DNA of 64,000 bases. Origin: Marsupella aquatica. Its lineage: Eukaryota > Plantae > Marchantiophyta. Of the stretch, positions 1 through 11,200 are shown piece by piece. Positions within the stretch are counted from its first letter, which is position 1; every line of letters begins with the position of its first letter. The DNA lies in contig OZ316893.1 in NCBI GenBank assembly GCA_973895155.1, positions 5,222,171-5,286,170 on the forward strand, read 5' to 3'. A program made the translations under genes and the position numbers. The notes below the pieces were generated by a model, which saw only the letters and a list, made by a program, of their open reading frames with translations, was not told the DNA's origin and did not search any database.

Positions 1-937
1 GGTAAGCTCAGTCTTCACTGGCGCTTGATTTCAATGTTGCAAATCATACTTGTGAATAGTAGCAGTCCATAGCACATCTCAAAGCTTCAAAATTGATGGA
101 TCTTTAACTTAGTAGTTAAGGTTACAGTTTATCTACAGTGGTTATGCACTGCCAAATTCATAATGCATAACTTTTTGCCATAAAGATTGGCCATATGCAA
201 TGACCATAAGTCACCGTGTATACTAGTGGCGAAAAAAAGAAAAAAGAAAAAAGACTTTTACACAACCCCTCTCAAAAAGTTATGGCCATTTATTTTATGG
301 CCAAAAGCCATCATTAGCAACTTTTTGAGACGCCCTAGTAGACCTCAACTCTCAGCATGGAACCTCACTTGCACTGACCGGATCGACAGCTCTCTCGCTC
401 GTTGGATATGCCTGGCAGCAGCACATGAGTGTGATGAATCACTCTCCCTTCATGACATCATACGATGACAGTCGACTCGTCCTTGCAAGCAGCAGGCGGC
501 TGCAAAAATTCTCTTCTGATGACCAGCAAAATCCTTAATAATTCCCTCATGTTCACTTCGAGCCCATCTCTCAGACAGCCCGCCTCTACTGCCAGGGCAT
601 CATCTCTTCTCACCGTAACGACCTATCCATCCTTGCAAGGATATCTTGTAATTCAGGTCACAAACAGTCTCCCCATTCACAACCTTGACTTTGCGTCTGT
701 GCATCCATCCATCTTAGACTGTGCCTGGGCTGCCACAGATTCAAGACGTCCTGTACTAGCTCAATTTGTCCGGACCTCTCTCTGTAGCTGGTTCGGGAGC
801 TGGTTCAAAAGATATGGGTCGTTGTTCAGTTGTGAAATATGCCTTCGAAATTCTGTGTGTGACCAAATCTGGCTTACCGTTCAGTCATTTAGAGTGGCAT
901 GTAAGGTTTTCAATCCATGTCAGTTTTTTGAGGTCAA

Positions 938-3583
938 TCAATTGTTGAGTACCTCATCCTTCAGGAGTGGCCTGACAACCTCCCAAGTGAAATCAGGATC
1001 ATCTCTTCCGAAGTGACCGTGAACGGCAGTTTTTTGGAACCTTCTGTTGCCCCCTCGCTTCAAATCTAGGCTGAGAATTATCATCCCGGGTCGAAAATCG
1101 AAGTTCTTCTTAATGAGCTTCAATATCTCCCCGTCTTTGATCGTTCCCGTTTGGTACGTTTCCACAAAAACCGACAGAGGCTTCGGCACACCGATGGCGT
1201 AGGACACCTGCACGAGACATCTCCTCGCTAAGCCCGCAGCCACCACACTCTTGGCCGCCTGCCGTGCAATGTAAGCCCCACTCCGATCCACCTTGGTAGG
1301 ATCCTTCCCGCTGAAAGCTCCTCCGCCGTGAGCTCCCCATCCTCCATAAGTGTCCACGATGATCTTCCGCCCGGTGAGCCCCGCGTCTCCCTTTGGTCCT
1401 CCACAGGTAAATCGCCCCGATGGGTTGAGATGGAAGATGGTTTGCTCGTCCAAGTACTTTTCGGGAATGACGGGCTTGATCACGTGCTCACGAAGATCTG
1501 AGGTGATTTTATCGTTGGTCACAGTTTCGTCGTGCTGTGTGGAGATTAGCACCGTGTGCACTCGCAAGGGCACCATTGCCCCTCCTTCGTTCTTGTACTC
1601 CAGTGTCACCTGCACCCAGTCCATCATTTCGATGGGAAACTGTGAATTGTACTTCTGAATTGACCTTTTAGTTTGTCGGTTAATTTCGGTGCACTTGGTG
1701 AGCTCCATCGTTAGATTCTCCTTCTACATGGGCAGTATTTCTGGTGCAAATGGCGCCTTTGAACCTTAATTAATCTCTAAAATTGGATTTCTAAAATTGG
1801 CCGAGAATCTCAGTAGAAAATGAGGGCATGCTACCTTCAAAGCTCTCTGTAATTGTTGGATGATTTTGGTGCAACCATTTCATTCCATTTTGCAGACGAA
1901 TTCTCCAGAATTAGTGGGTTTCAAAAAACAAGAGCATTGAGATGTTCTCGGCCTGCAAAGAAAGAAAACCCATGGAATCCGAAACGGTCCGAAGTCCTCA
2001 ATCGCAGAAAGAATTGGAAATTGGCATCTTGAACCACTCTGTGCATTCTGGAGGTCCAAGCAAAAGGAAGGCCCTTGTCAAATGCTGACAAATGTAAAAT
2101 ACCTTCGATCGACAAAACATCAGCAAGTGTAGGCTAAGACGAATCGATTGCGTCTGTGTTCTCGCAAACGTGTCAACCACACGGGAACTTATTGAAAGAG
2201 GCGTGACTTCATCAAGTCTCGTGTAATCAGAGGAGTATCTATCTCATCTGTCTTCGAATTTATTGAGAGACAGAAAATTGCTTGGATTTATGTCCGTGAC
2301 AGATATTCAGGCGCGCACGCCGTTCACGTTAACAAGAAGATGGAATTGCCACAACTGAGAACGAGAGTTCATTATTCTGAGTTCGGACAACAAAACAAAA
2401 ACTGCCACTTAGAGATAGTGCTTCCTCGTCATCCCGAATTCCGTCGAATAACTTTGTCCAAGTTTTAATACGAGATATCTCTCTCTAATTCATGGACTAG
2501 AAACGGTTTCAGTGAATGCGAATGATTTGGATCATCACTGTCTAAGATAAGCACAAGCTTGCTTTGGGATTTTTGAATGAAATTTTCTCATCAAGCTCCG
2601 ATAGGTTAAAGAATTGAAATACTTCCGACTCCAGAAAATTGATGACTTTGAACTGTCACTATGAAAGACAAAAGTGTTTGTTCTTTATCAGGACAGCAAC
2701 GAGTAATTAGCGACCCCTGAAAAACAATCAGAATAAGTCATAGAAGAAGTGTCCCCAGTGGTTGGCATGGATGGAAATGATGGAAATTGGTTCAAACAGA
2801 GAGTTTACGAAATTTCCCTCCATGAACGTAACTTCATATAATTTTCTCCTTTTGTTTGTCAATCCAATTCTACTTCTAAGGTTCGCCGATGAGAAAGGCA
2901 AAGCTGTCACATACCGAGACGGAAGAAGAAGAAGAAGAAGAAGAAGAAGAAGAATAAAGAAATTGGGAAACATAAGCCCTCCCATTGAAAGGATTTTATG
3001 CGTCATTCCATGCAATGAGATGACGGTAGACAAGTCAGAGAATAACCTGTGTCTTGCCATCAGGACGCATCCACTTGCAGGTGCCATTCTTTCTAACGTC
3101 CCTCAGCTTGACCCCGAGTTTCGTAGCCAAAACATGCGTGAGAGGCATGAGCTCCTCGGTCTCGTCGGTAGCATAGCCAAACATATGGCCCTGGTCACCA
3201 GCCCCAATCTCCTCCGGCTTCTTGGTGAAATGCCCATGAACCGCGTGCTGCAACTCATCCACCTGCTCCTCCAAATACATCAACACCTTGCACTTGTCCG
3301 CGTCCAGTCCGACTTCATCCGACGTGAATCCTATCTCTCGGCAGGTATCCCGCACGACCTTCTCGTAGTCGACCTTCGCCTTGGTAGAGATTTCGCCGAA
3401 CACCATCACCATGTTGGTTTTCGTGCAGGTCTCGCACGCCACCCTGCTCTCAGGGTCCTGCGCCAAGCACGCGTCCAGAACGGCATCCGAAATCTGGTCA
3501 CACAGCTTGTCTGGATGGCCCTCTCCCACAGACTCCGACGTGAAAAAGAACGTCTCCGTGGATTCCCCCATCGTCAATCTCAT
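938..3583 (-). CDS. SAMS: S-adenosylmethionine synthetase (methionine adenosyltransferase), 2 exons: 3583-3047 and 1609-938, ~398-402 aa
   Basis: Motifs [32 protein letters not shown]|VT and [19 protein letters not shown]. Phase-0 intron 3046-1610 with CAG|GTTATT donor and TGCAG|GTG acceptor joins the two ORFs in frame. Start is ATG 3583 or 3571. Confidence 0.95.
2922..2953. repeat. (GAA)n microsatellite in SAMS intron
   Basis: About 10 GAA units read directly. Confidence 0.9.
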
Positions 3584-3978
3584 CGAACCCTCTCGCTCTC
3601 GGCTTCCCCCCGAAATTCAGTAGAATTCAATGAGAAACTTAATCAACCTTTCAATTTCGGAGGAGCATCAAAAGAATGGAATCACTGGAGAATGTAATTC
3701 ATTCCTGAATTGCAACAGCGATAGAGAGAGGGCGACACGCGAGACGAGAGGACATGCGAGGAGCAATTGGAGAGAAATCACTGCAACTTAGGAAAGAGCT
3801 TTTGTCAGATTTCTCAAGCTCGTCCTCAGCGTCGTCATCACAATTGTCCAGTGAGCATGCATTCGTGGATAGAAATTCGTAATGCAAGGACCGATGAACC
3901 CCCAGTGCAGCAAAAGGAATGAATCGAAACTGCAGTACGCACGGTAAACATGCCAACGAATTGCGAGCACAATCTCAA

Positions 3979-3985
3979 TTTATAA
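3979..3985 (-). promoter_or_regulatory. Candidate TATA box for SAMS
   Basis: TATAAAT on the minus strand ~400 bp upstream of the ATG, followed by a CT-rich leader-like tract. Position-based inference only. Confidence 0.3.
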
Positions 3986-4196
3986 GAGTACGTTGATTGA
4001 CGAGAACGAGACGAAGCAGAAAGGAATCCCTATGACTGTATTTGTTAACGGAATCTTACTAATAAAGCGCGAAGTGAACCCTACTGTTCACTGCCTACGG
4101 TCTAGAGTGAAGCCTCTAGACCGTAACTCTGGGGGCGTAGGAAAATTGAGGGTGCCGGGTGCGGGTGGAAATCAAGGGTGAACCACTGTAATAGGT

Positions 4197-4400
4197 TTGG
4201 AAGTGAAGCGGCTTGGAAGTGAAGCGGCGTGACCTATCTGGCTCTGTCACTGCAGAACACAAGGGAGCTGCGTGGAGCTGTGTGGGAATAGAAGCTGCGT
4301 GGAGCTGTGTGGGAATGGAAGTCGATCTGGCTCTGTCAATGAGGAACAGAAGGGAGCTGTGTGGAATGGAAGTGGATCCACGATGGCACATGGAAAAACA
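4197..4400. repeat. Degenerate tandem repeats (GCTGCGTGGAGCTGTGTGGGAAT / GGCTCTGTCA..GAACAC/GAAGGG units)
   Basis: Units read directly; a related unit recurs at ~6110-6175. Confidence 0.7.
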
Positions 4401-4856
4401 GGGAGCCGAATGTGAATGCAAGGGAAGCTCAGCTGCCTGATAGATTTGCCTTTTGATTTCGCTTTGCCATTTTAATTTTGAATTTGGGTGAGTGGACTGA
4501 TTATCGATTGATTAAGATTGCTTGACGTTTTGCAGATTTATTGTGAGCGGCATTACTTCTCTACAAAAAGGCAAGCATAGCAATTAAGCTTGAGACTAGA
4601 AGAATCAAGGCTGCATGACCACCTTCCTACGTTCGGTAATGTTCCTTACCTTCACTGATAGAATGGCCACTTCAGTTGCGCATCTCTCTTAACCCCTCTT
4701 TGCTTTGAAACGTCGGCAATAAGGTCGGCAGTAAGCTGATCCGGGTTTGAGTTGCTCCATCGATCGATGTGCTTTGATTATCCTCGCAGCGTTGTAGACC
4801 TTATAGTGAGCTGGCTGGCAGGCACTCTTCTTGGTTACGATCTATTGTAGGGATCT

Positions 4857-4972
4857 GGGAGGGACTCGGGAAGATTTCCTGCAAGGATCCGGGAGCGGCT
4901 CGGGAAGAATTGTTGCAGGGATTTGGCAAGGACTCGGGAAGATTTCCTGCAAGGATCCGGGAGGGCTCGGGA
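4857..4972. repeat. Tandem repeat (GGACTCGGGAAGATTTCCTGCAAGGATCCGGGAG x2, ~69-bp period), probably within a decayed retroelement
   Basis: Near-identical 34-mers at ~4862 and ~4930. The retroelement context is inference. Confidence 0.7.
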
Positions 4973-6642
4973 TGGTGCAAGACGGCTCCAATTGCCATGA
5001 TTGAGCCTAGCTGGGATTTCTATGTTCCTAATCCCGAGCGTGGCTTTGTGACTATTGAGGTTATCAGTGGACTTGCAGAGTGTTGTGACAGGTGAGTTTC
5101 TTCATTTCGCATAATTGCTAAGACTTTGAGTCGCTGCAATGCTACTACCCGGATTTGAAGGACAGTAGCAGACTCCGCTTAGAGTGCCTGGCGTTTGGTG
5201 AAATCTCACTACAGACCCAACGTTGCGTAGTGCTCTGGAGCAGAAATCGAACTTATATGGAGCAAAAAGAAATTGCGATGAACAAGTGCGGAGGAACTGA
5301 GCTGAAATTGAGTGAGGTATGATCAACTGAGAAGGAGCAGGACATCCTAGGCACTGCGAACAGAGTTTGCAATAGAAGAGCAACGTCAAAGCACTTAATT
5401 GACAACCCAAAGCGCAACAAATGGAGTTGGAAGTGATTTAGCTTTCCATTCAAAATATTCCTCTGCCCCGTTGGTACGCCTGTGAATGAAAAATTGAGGT
5501 AAAGGATTTCTCGGGGAGGAAATGGCGAAAATGGCGGTGACTGCTATGAAAATCCACAAGACTATACCAAATGTTCGGTATCCATAGCATTGAATTAAGT
5601 AGCACAATCCTGCACCAGACGACGGCTGCTGCACTCCAATAAGACATGAGTGAAGGAGGTCCTGCGTGGGGAGGACTCTTGGCAACACTGGCGGTCATCG
5701 TCGTCCCTTTTTAATCCCTCAGATGACACGAACAGCCCGCAAGATCATTGTCAGTATCACCTCTTTTCAATTCTCTCTCTGTAAAATTTGCGTCAAACGG
5801 TCATAGAATTCCTTCAATTCTTCCATTGCAAGTCCTCGAACGTAATTAGAATTTTATGTCACTTTGAGAGGGCGGAAATTAGCTCATAGAAAGGTTCCAA
5901 TTCAGGCTGTACATTTCCAATTTCGAATTCAAGTTATCGCTTCTTTCCCATCTACAATCGAAAGCAACAGTAGAGTCGTGCGCTCATGGTTCTGAGAGTC
6001 CTATATCTCATTCAGCAGGATACTTCACTCAGACATGGACTGATAGCTCCAAACTCTATGTAACGGGACACAATTGTGACAACCATCGAAAGGCTAATCG
6101 TTTTGAATTGCTTGGGAACACAGCTACGTGGGAGTGGAAGTGGATAGGCTCTGTCACTTGGGAACACAAGGGCGCGGAACGGTACTGCATCAGCAGGGGA
6201 AGGAGTTTGGATTGGAGTGTGGCAAATGTTAGCTTAGATTAGATGAGCCTAACTTAAGAAGCAGGACAAGCTTGACCGTGAAATATTGGGAAGGAGAGGA
6301 TTTTTCTGTGTCACAAGGCGTTCTGAAGTGAGGGTTTTGGGTCGGGTGATAGAGACGAAGACGTGAAGAATTGTTGGAGAGAGCCTACAGGGGGTTAGGC
6401 CCGTGGCTGGCACCATAGCTACACTGCGTCTCGCTTCTCCGACCGGGCCGAGCCTCTCGCGTCCGAGGTCTGATGCTGAACCCCTCCCTGCCCTCTCAGT
6501 CTGTGTCTTCCTCTGGAAAGACTGGAATGATTCGTTCAGTCGTCTGTCTTTGTCGCCCGCTCGGCTTTTTGCTCTGGTGGTGGGAGGAGGAGTGGAACTC
6601 GGGAGTGGGGACTACCGTCTTCCCATAACAAATCTGGACGAG

Positions 6643-6960
6643 ATGGAACGGTTCTTGGGAGCGGCGAGAGCAAAGGGGCGTTGAGGAATTTGAGCGCAGT
6701 GAGGAGAAGTTCGTCAGCCTCCGATAGCCCAAGAATGAAGCCGGGAGGTATTTCATCCCCAAACAGCGGCACCACACGGAGGACGATGAGTGGGAGGTAC
6801 GTCTCGGTCTCTCGAGAGGAAGAGGAGTCCATGGATTTTTCCAGAGACATCAGCTCCAATTTCCCCTACTTGGTGCACATCCCTCCAACTCCAGACAATC
6901 AACCCATGTCCGGGACCAACACCCCGAGGCATTGCAGGTAAAGCAGAGCAGCAATTTGTG
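6643..6960 (+). pseudogene. CSLD: Cellulose synthase-like D 5' fragment, two frameshifts, truncated
   Basis: RRTMSGRYVSVSRE and YLVHIPPTPDNQPM, then in another frame GIAGKAEQQFV, match the CSLD N-terminus. Frameshifts near 6680 and 6928. Similarity stops at ~6960; no RING or catalytic exons found downstream. Confidence 0.8.
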
Positions 6961-8229
6961 TTAGGGAGTGGGACTAGGGACTCATCAATTTACGATCTGC
7001 TGCAGGGATCCAAGAGGGTAGCATGACGGCTCCAAGTGCGAGGAAGAGCTGGGAAAGGTGAGTGCCCTCTCCTTGAATGTTACCGGCTGATCTGACTTTG
7101 TCAGGAGTTGCTTTCCACTCTTGCTAAAGCAAAAAGGAGTCACAGCTCTTGCTTGAATTGATTTGGGCATTCAGTTTCTAAGTGCATCCTTTCCTGCTGT
7201 CTGCACAAAACCGCTCTCGCTGAGTCTCCCTCGCCTCCTGCTTCAGCTGCTGTCCATAAGAGATCTGTTTACCGAGTTTTGACTTGCGTCGGGAGCATTC
7301 AACATTTCTATGAGCTCTTATTTGCTAGCTCGCAGTTAGTTTTGACTCCGGTAGGATTTGATGATGACCATGTTGAGGACCGACTTGATGTGTGAGTATT
7401 ACTTTTGACTATGAATCTGTGTGAGTTTAGGGTCTGAGTGTGAGTCGAATCTAATTGTGCTCGGTAAATGGGTGTCGGTGTGTCCAGGAGAAAGGAGGTT
7501 GAAAGGAGGTTGGTGCTGCAGTTCATGGTCGAGAGATAGCATCAATATTTGGTGAACTTTGGGAACCAATCTGGTACTACCTCAATGGATTTTTGGTCGT
7601 TGCAGAGACACTGGCATCAGTGGTTGCGGCAACAGTAGAGTAGACAGCACATTTAGAGGGCAGGCAGAAGAGTAGTCAATGACAAGAGAGCAGTGAGATA
7701 AGCAGTCCGTTCCAGCCTTTTCTTTCATCCCTTTCACCAAGACAAAGTGCTCAAGATATGATGGTTAAGTGACCATCATAGCATATCAAATTAGTGATAG
7801 AGTTTAGATTGCTAAATTTTGGTCCAAGATAGAGGCATCCAAGATAGAGGCATCTGAGATAGAAAATAGTTGAGTCATGTAAAACATGGCTTTGTATGTG
7901 ATGGTTGATCACAATCATTTTATGAATAAATTTGAGCAATCCTTTATACTTCATACATTTTCTTATCCAAAATTTGTTCTCCTCTATTTTGTAGATATAA
8001 ATATGATCTAGATGTGCACAACAATGGCAAACCAAAGGGTTTTGAATGATATTACTAATTTGTCAACCACGGTTGGACAAGTCATTTCTTCTCCAAGGTA
8101 TTAATGTAGATATTACTAATTTCATCACTCTCCTCCTCTCTATTTTATAAGCAAAATGCATAATTAAATTTTGTTTGCTAGGAAAAATGGATCATTTATA
8201 TCTAATTTTGACTTTTATTTTATTCTTAG

Positions 8230-11200
8230 GCATGTTGATTCTACCCTTATCATAAATGAAAGGGAAACTATTCGCATCAATGAACCAAGACGAGAAGAAT
8301 GTCTTCCGATCGAAAGAGTAGATCTCTCATATGAAGTTGAAGAGCCATATGAATTTGAGGGACCAGCACGAGCATCATTGAGAGTTGGCGAGACTGTTGA
8401 CACTGTGAGAAAGACAAATAAAGCCAAATATATGCGAGAATGGCGTGCACGGCAACGAGCCAAAAGATTAGATGCACAAGTAGACGGAGAAGTTCCTGAG
8501 GTTATCGTGGCAAACAAAGCAGCTAAACGGGCTAGACAACAAAAGGATCGACGCGCAATTGAAAAAACAAGGAACATTCATGTTGTTGCAGAGGATTCAG
8601 AAATGCTTCATATCAGGTATTAATTTTTGTTTAAAAATTTTGATGTGTGTTTGCATCCAGGCTACATTTCTATCAAGATTTATTTTAATCTTAATTATAT
8701 TTTTTGATAGGGAATTACCCATTGTTGGAGAGGCACAATTACCTCCACAACTTTTGGATTCAAATTCGTGTGTAACATTGGTGCCCATGTAAGTTTTCCT
8801 TTCTAAAAGATTTTGATACTGTTTTGACATGCACTTCTAAAAATGCCTTATATTGATCTTCACGCTCAAATACTCAAGTCATTAGGAATACTAATTTTTT
8901 TCATTGAAGATTACAACTTATTGTGATATAATTTCATTGACTTACATTTTTGTTACTACACAGGGACCCAATTATTGTTGCCAATGTTCCAGAACCTCCA
9001 CAACTTCCTTCTTCAAATCAATGTTTAACACCAGTTGTAAATGATCCATCTCCAACGTAAGTTCTAAGATATTATCATTTTTTGAAATTTCATAATGCAA
9101 CCATTTTTAAAACATGACTATGAATTATTGCTATTATTACAGGTTACCCATGCCTCTCATTCGAAGAAGCCTCCGAGATGAACAAATGCTCGCTAGAGCC
9201 GAGGGGCAAAGAAATAGACGGGCAAGGATAATTAATGAGCCTAAATTTGGGCCTCTTATGACACGACATGGATCTACCTCTAGGTATGAAGCAAATTTAT
9301 TTTCTTCTCATAAGCCATGAGTAAAATATGATTTCTACTTTGAAATGTAAATAATATTTTATGTTGTTTATTGTTCTTCACTAGGGAACCGTCTCACAAT
9401 GAAGATGATATAGTGCCTCCACAAATTACGATCAACCCACCATGCTGTCGCACAAGTCGTGTTCCACATCTGTCAACTATGTATGTTGAGAACTCTTCAA
9501 TTTTACAGTTCAAACTTCTACTTTGTTAAAGTTTATTGTTGGACTGTTTATTAGATCTAATAGTTTATTATTTATAGAATTTGGTTACTTTAAGTTGGTT
9601 ACTTTGAGGAGATAATTGGCTTATCTTTGATTTTGATTGGTTTTTCAGCAACCTAGCACGTCATCGCATATTTGATGAGTATCATGTGTTTCACTTGAAA
9701 CTACGAGGTCAAACAAATCAAGAGAGTGGTCACCATTACCTTGGACGCATGAATGTGGTGTGCCCATCATGTAAAGCTTTGCATTGGGCAGGGGAGAAGG
9801 TGAGTTCTACAAAATTTAAGGACTCTCCATTTGGCAAGTGTTGTAGTCATGGTAGGGTGGATTTACCACCATTGCGATCTCTTCCTCCATTATTGGCAAC
9901 ATTGGTCTCAGGTGAGGGACCAACAAGTAAGAAGTTCTTGAGTCATATTCGAGCTTATAACTCAGCACTTCAGCTTGCATCCACCGGTGCTAACATGTCC
10001 GAAGAAGTACATGGTGGCATAAAACATCTTCGCATTCAAGGTGGGATCTATCATTCTATTGGTCCTCTTTATCCTGAGGTAGGACAACCCCCAAAATTTG
10101 CTCAACTTTACATTTATGACACTAAGCACGAGATAGAAAATAGAGGCAGGATAATTACTGATGGTATTGAGATTGAGACTTTGAGAGGATTACATAATCT
10201 TATGCGTGAGCATAATGCATATGTGCGATCTTTTCAAGCTATAGCATGTGAAGTTAGTAGTCAAAATGTGCGCATTGTATTGAAAGCTAGCGAGAGAGGT
10301 CTTGATGCTAGACGTTATAACTTGCCGGTAGCATCGGAGGTTGCAGCCATTATTCCTGGAGATGGAAGTGAGGAGGTTGGTCCACGTGATATCATTGTAT
10401 ACTTGCATGGAGGAGGGGTACGTCGTATATCTGATCTCAATCAGGCATATATTCCTTTGCATTTTGTTATGCTATTTCCATATGGTGAGGCAGGATGGCA
10501 TATAGGCATTCGAAAACAGAGTTCTTCTATATTAGAAGAGACAACTGCTATGGAAAGTGAAGAGGGTGTGGTGGAGAATATTATTCACGAGAGGGCCCAC
10601 GACAATGTCATGGATAATGATGCATATGCAGATACAGGAACCAAGAATGTTACCCCTTTGGAGTTTGCCTCATTTAGGCTTCATACACGAGAAGATAATC
10701 TTATAGAGTGCATGGATGGTAGCAGGCTGACACGTTTTGATAGGCTTTACCAAGAGTACATGGTAGATGTTTATGCCACTATTGAGAGCCAGAGGTTGAC
10801 CTATATACGTACCCATCAACCTCAGTTAAGAGCGCATCTATATCAGGGGGTTCAAGATGCAGTGACGAGACATGATCATGCAACAGATATTGGAAGACGC
10901 ATCATACTACCTTCAAGCTTTATAGGAGGTCCACGTCATATGCACCAGTTATTTCAGGATGCCATGGCTATTGTTAGGCATTTTGGCAAGCCTGATTATT
11001 TCTTGACAATGACATGCAATCCTACATGGAAGGAGATCACGGATGAGCTGGTATGTAGCAACCAAAAAGCAGCTAATCGTTCTGACTTGATTGCTAGGGT
11101 GTTTGAACAAAAGAAAAAGACATTGTTAGATCTACTAAAAAATCAAAAGATTTTGGGTAATTGTGTGGCAAAGATACATACTATAGAATTTCAAAAAAGA

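Noticed and set aside
187-1016. ORFs 187-468 and 465-1016
   Set aside because: Antisense to the SAMS 3' region with no recognisable motifs.
1610-1708. N-terminal 33 aa of track ORF 938..1708
   Set aside because: Intronic; SAMS similarity starts at the acceptor at 1609.
2762-3697. 311-aa + strand ORF
   Set aside because: Antisense shadow of GC3-rich SAMS exon 1 plus a (GAA)n repeat; no protein features.
4857-4972. Repeat-spacer-like pattern suggesting CRISPR (also 37744-37882)
   Set aside because: Eukaryotic context, the spacers are themselves repeats, and there are no cas genes.
6985-7740. Minus-strand coding-like sequence after the CSLD break
   Set aside because: Short broken ORFs with no motif I can identify.
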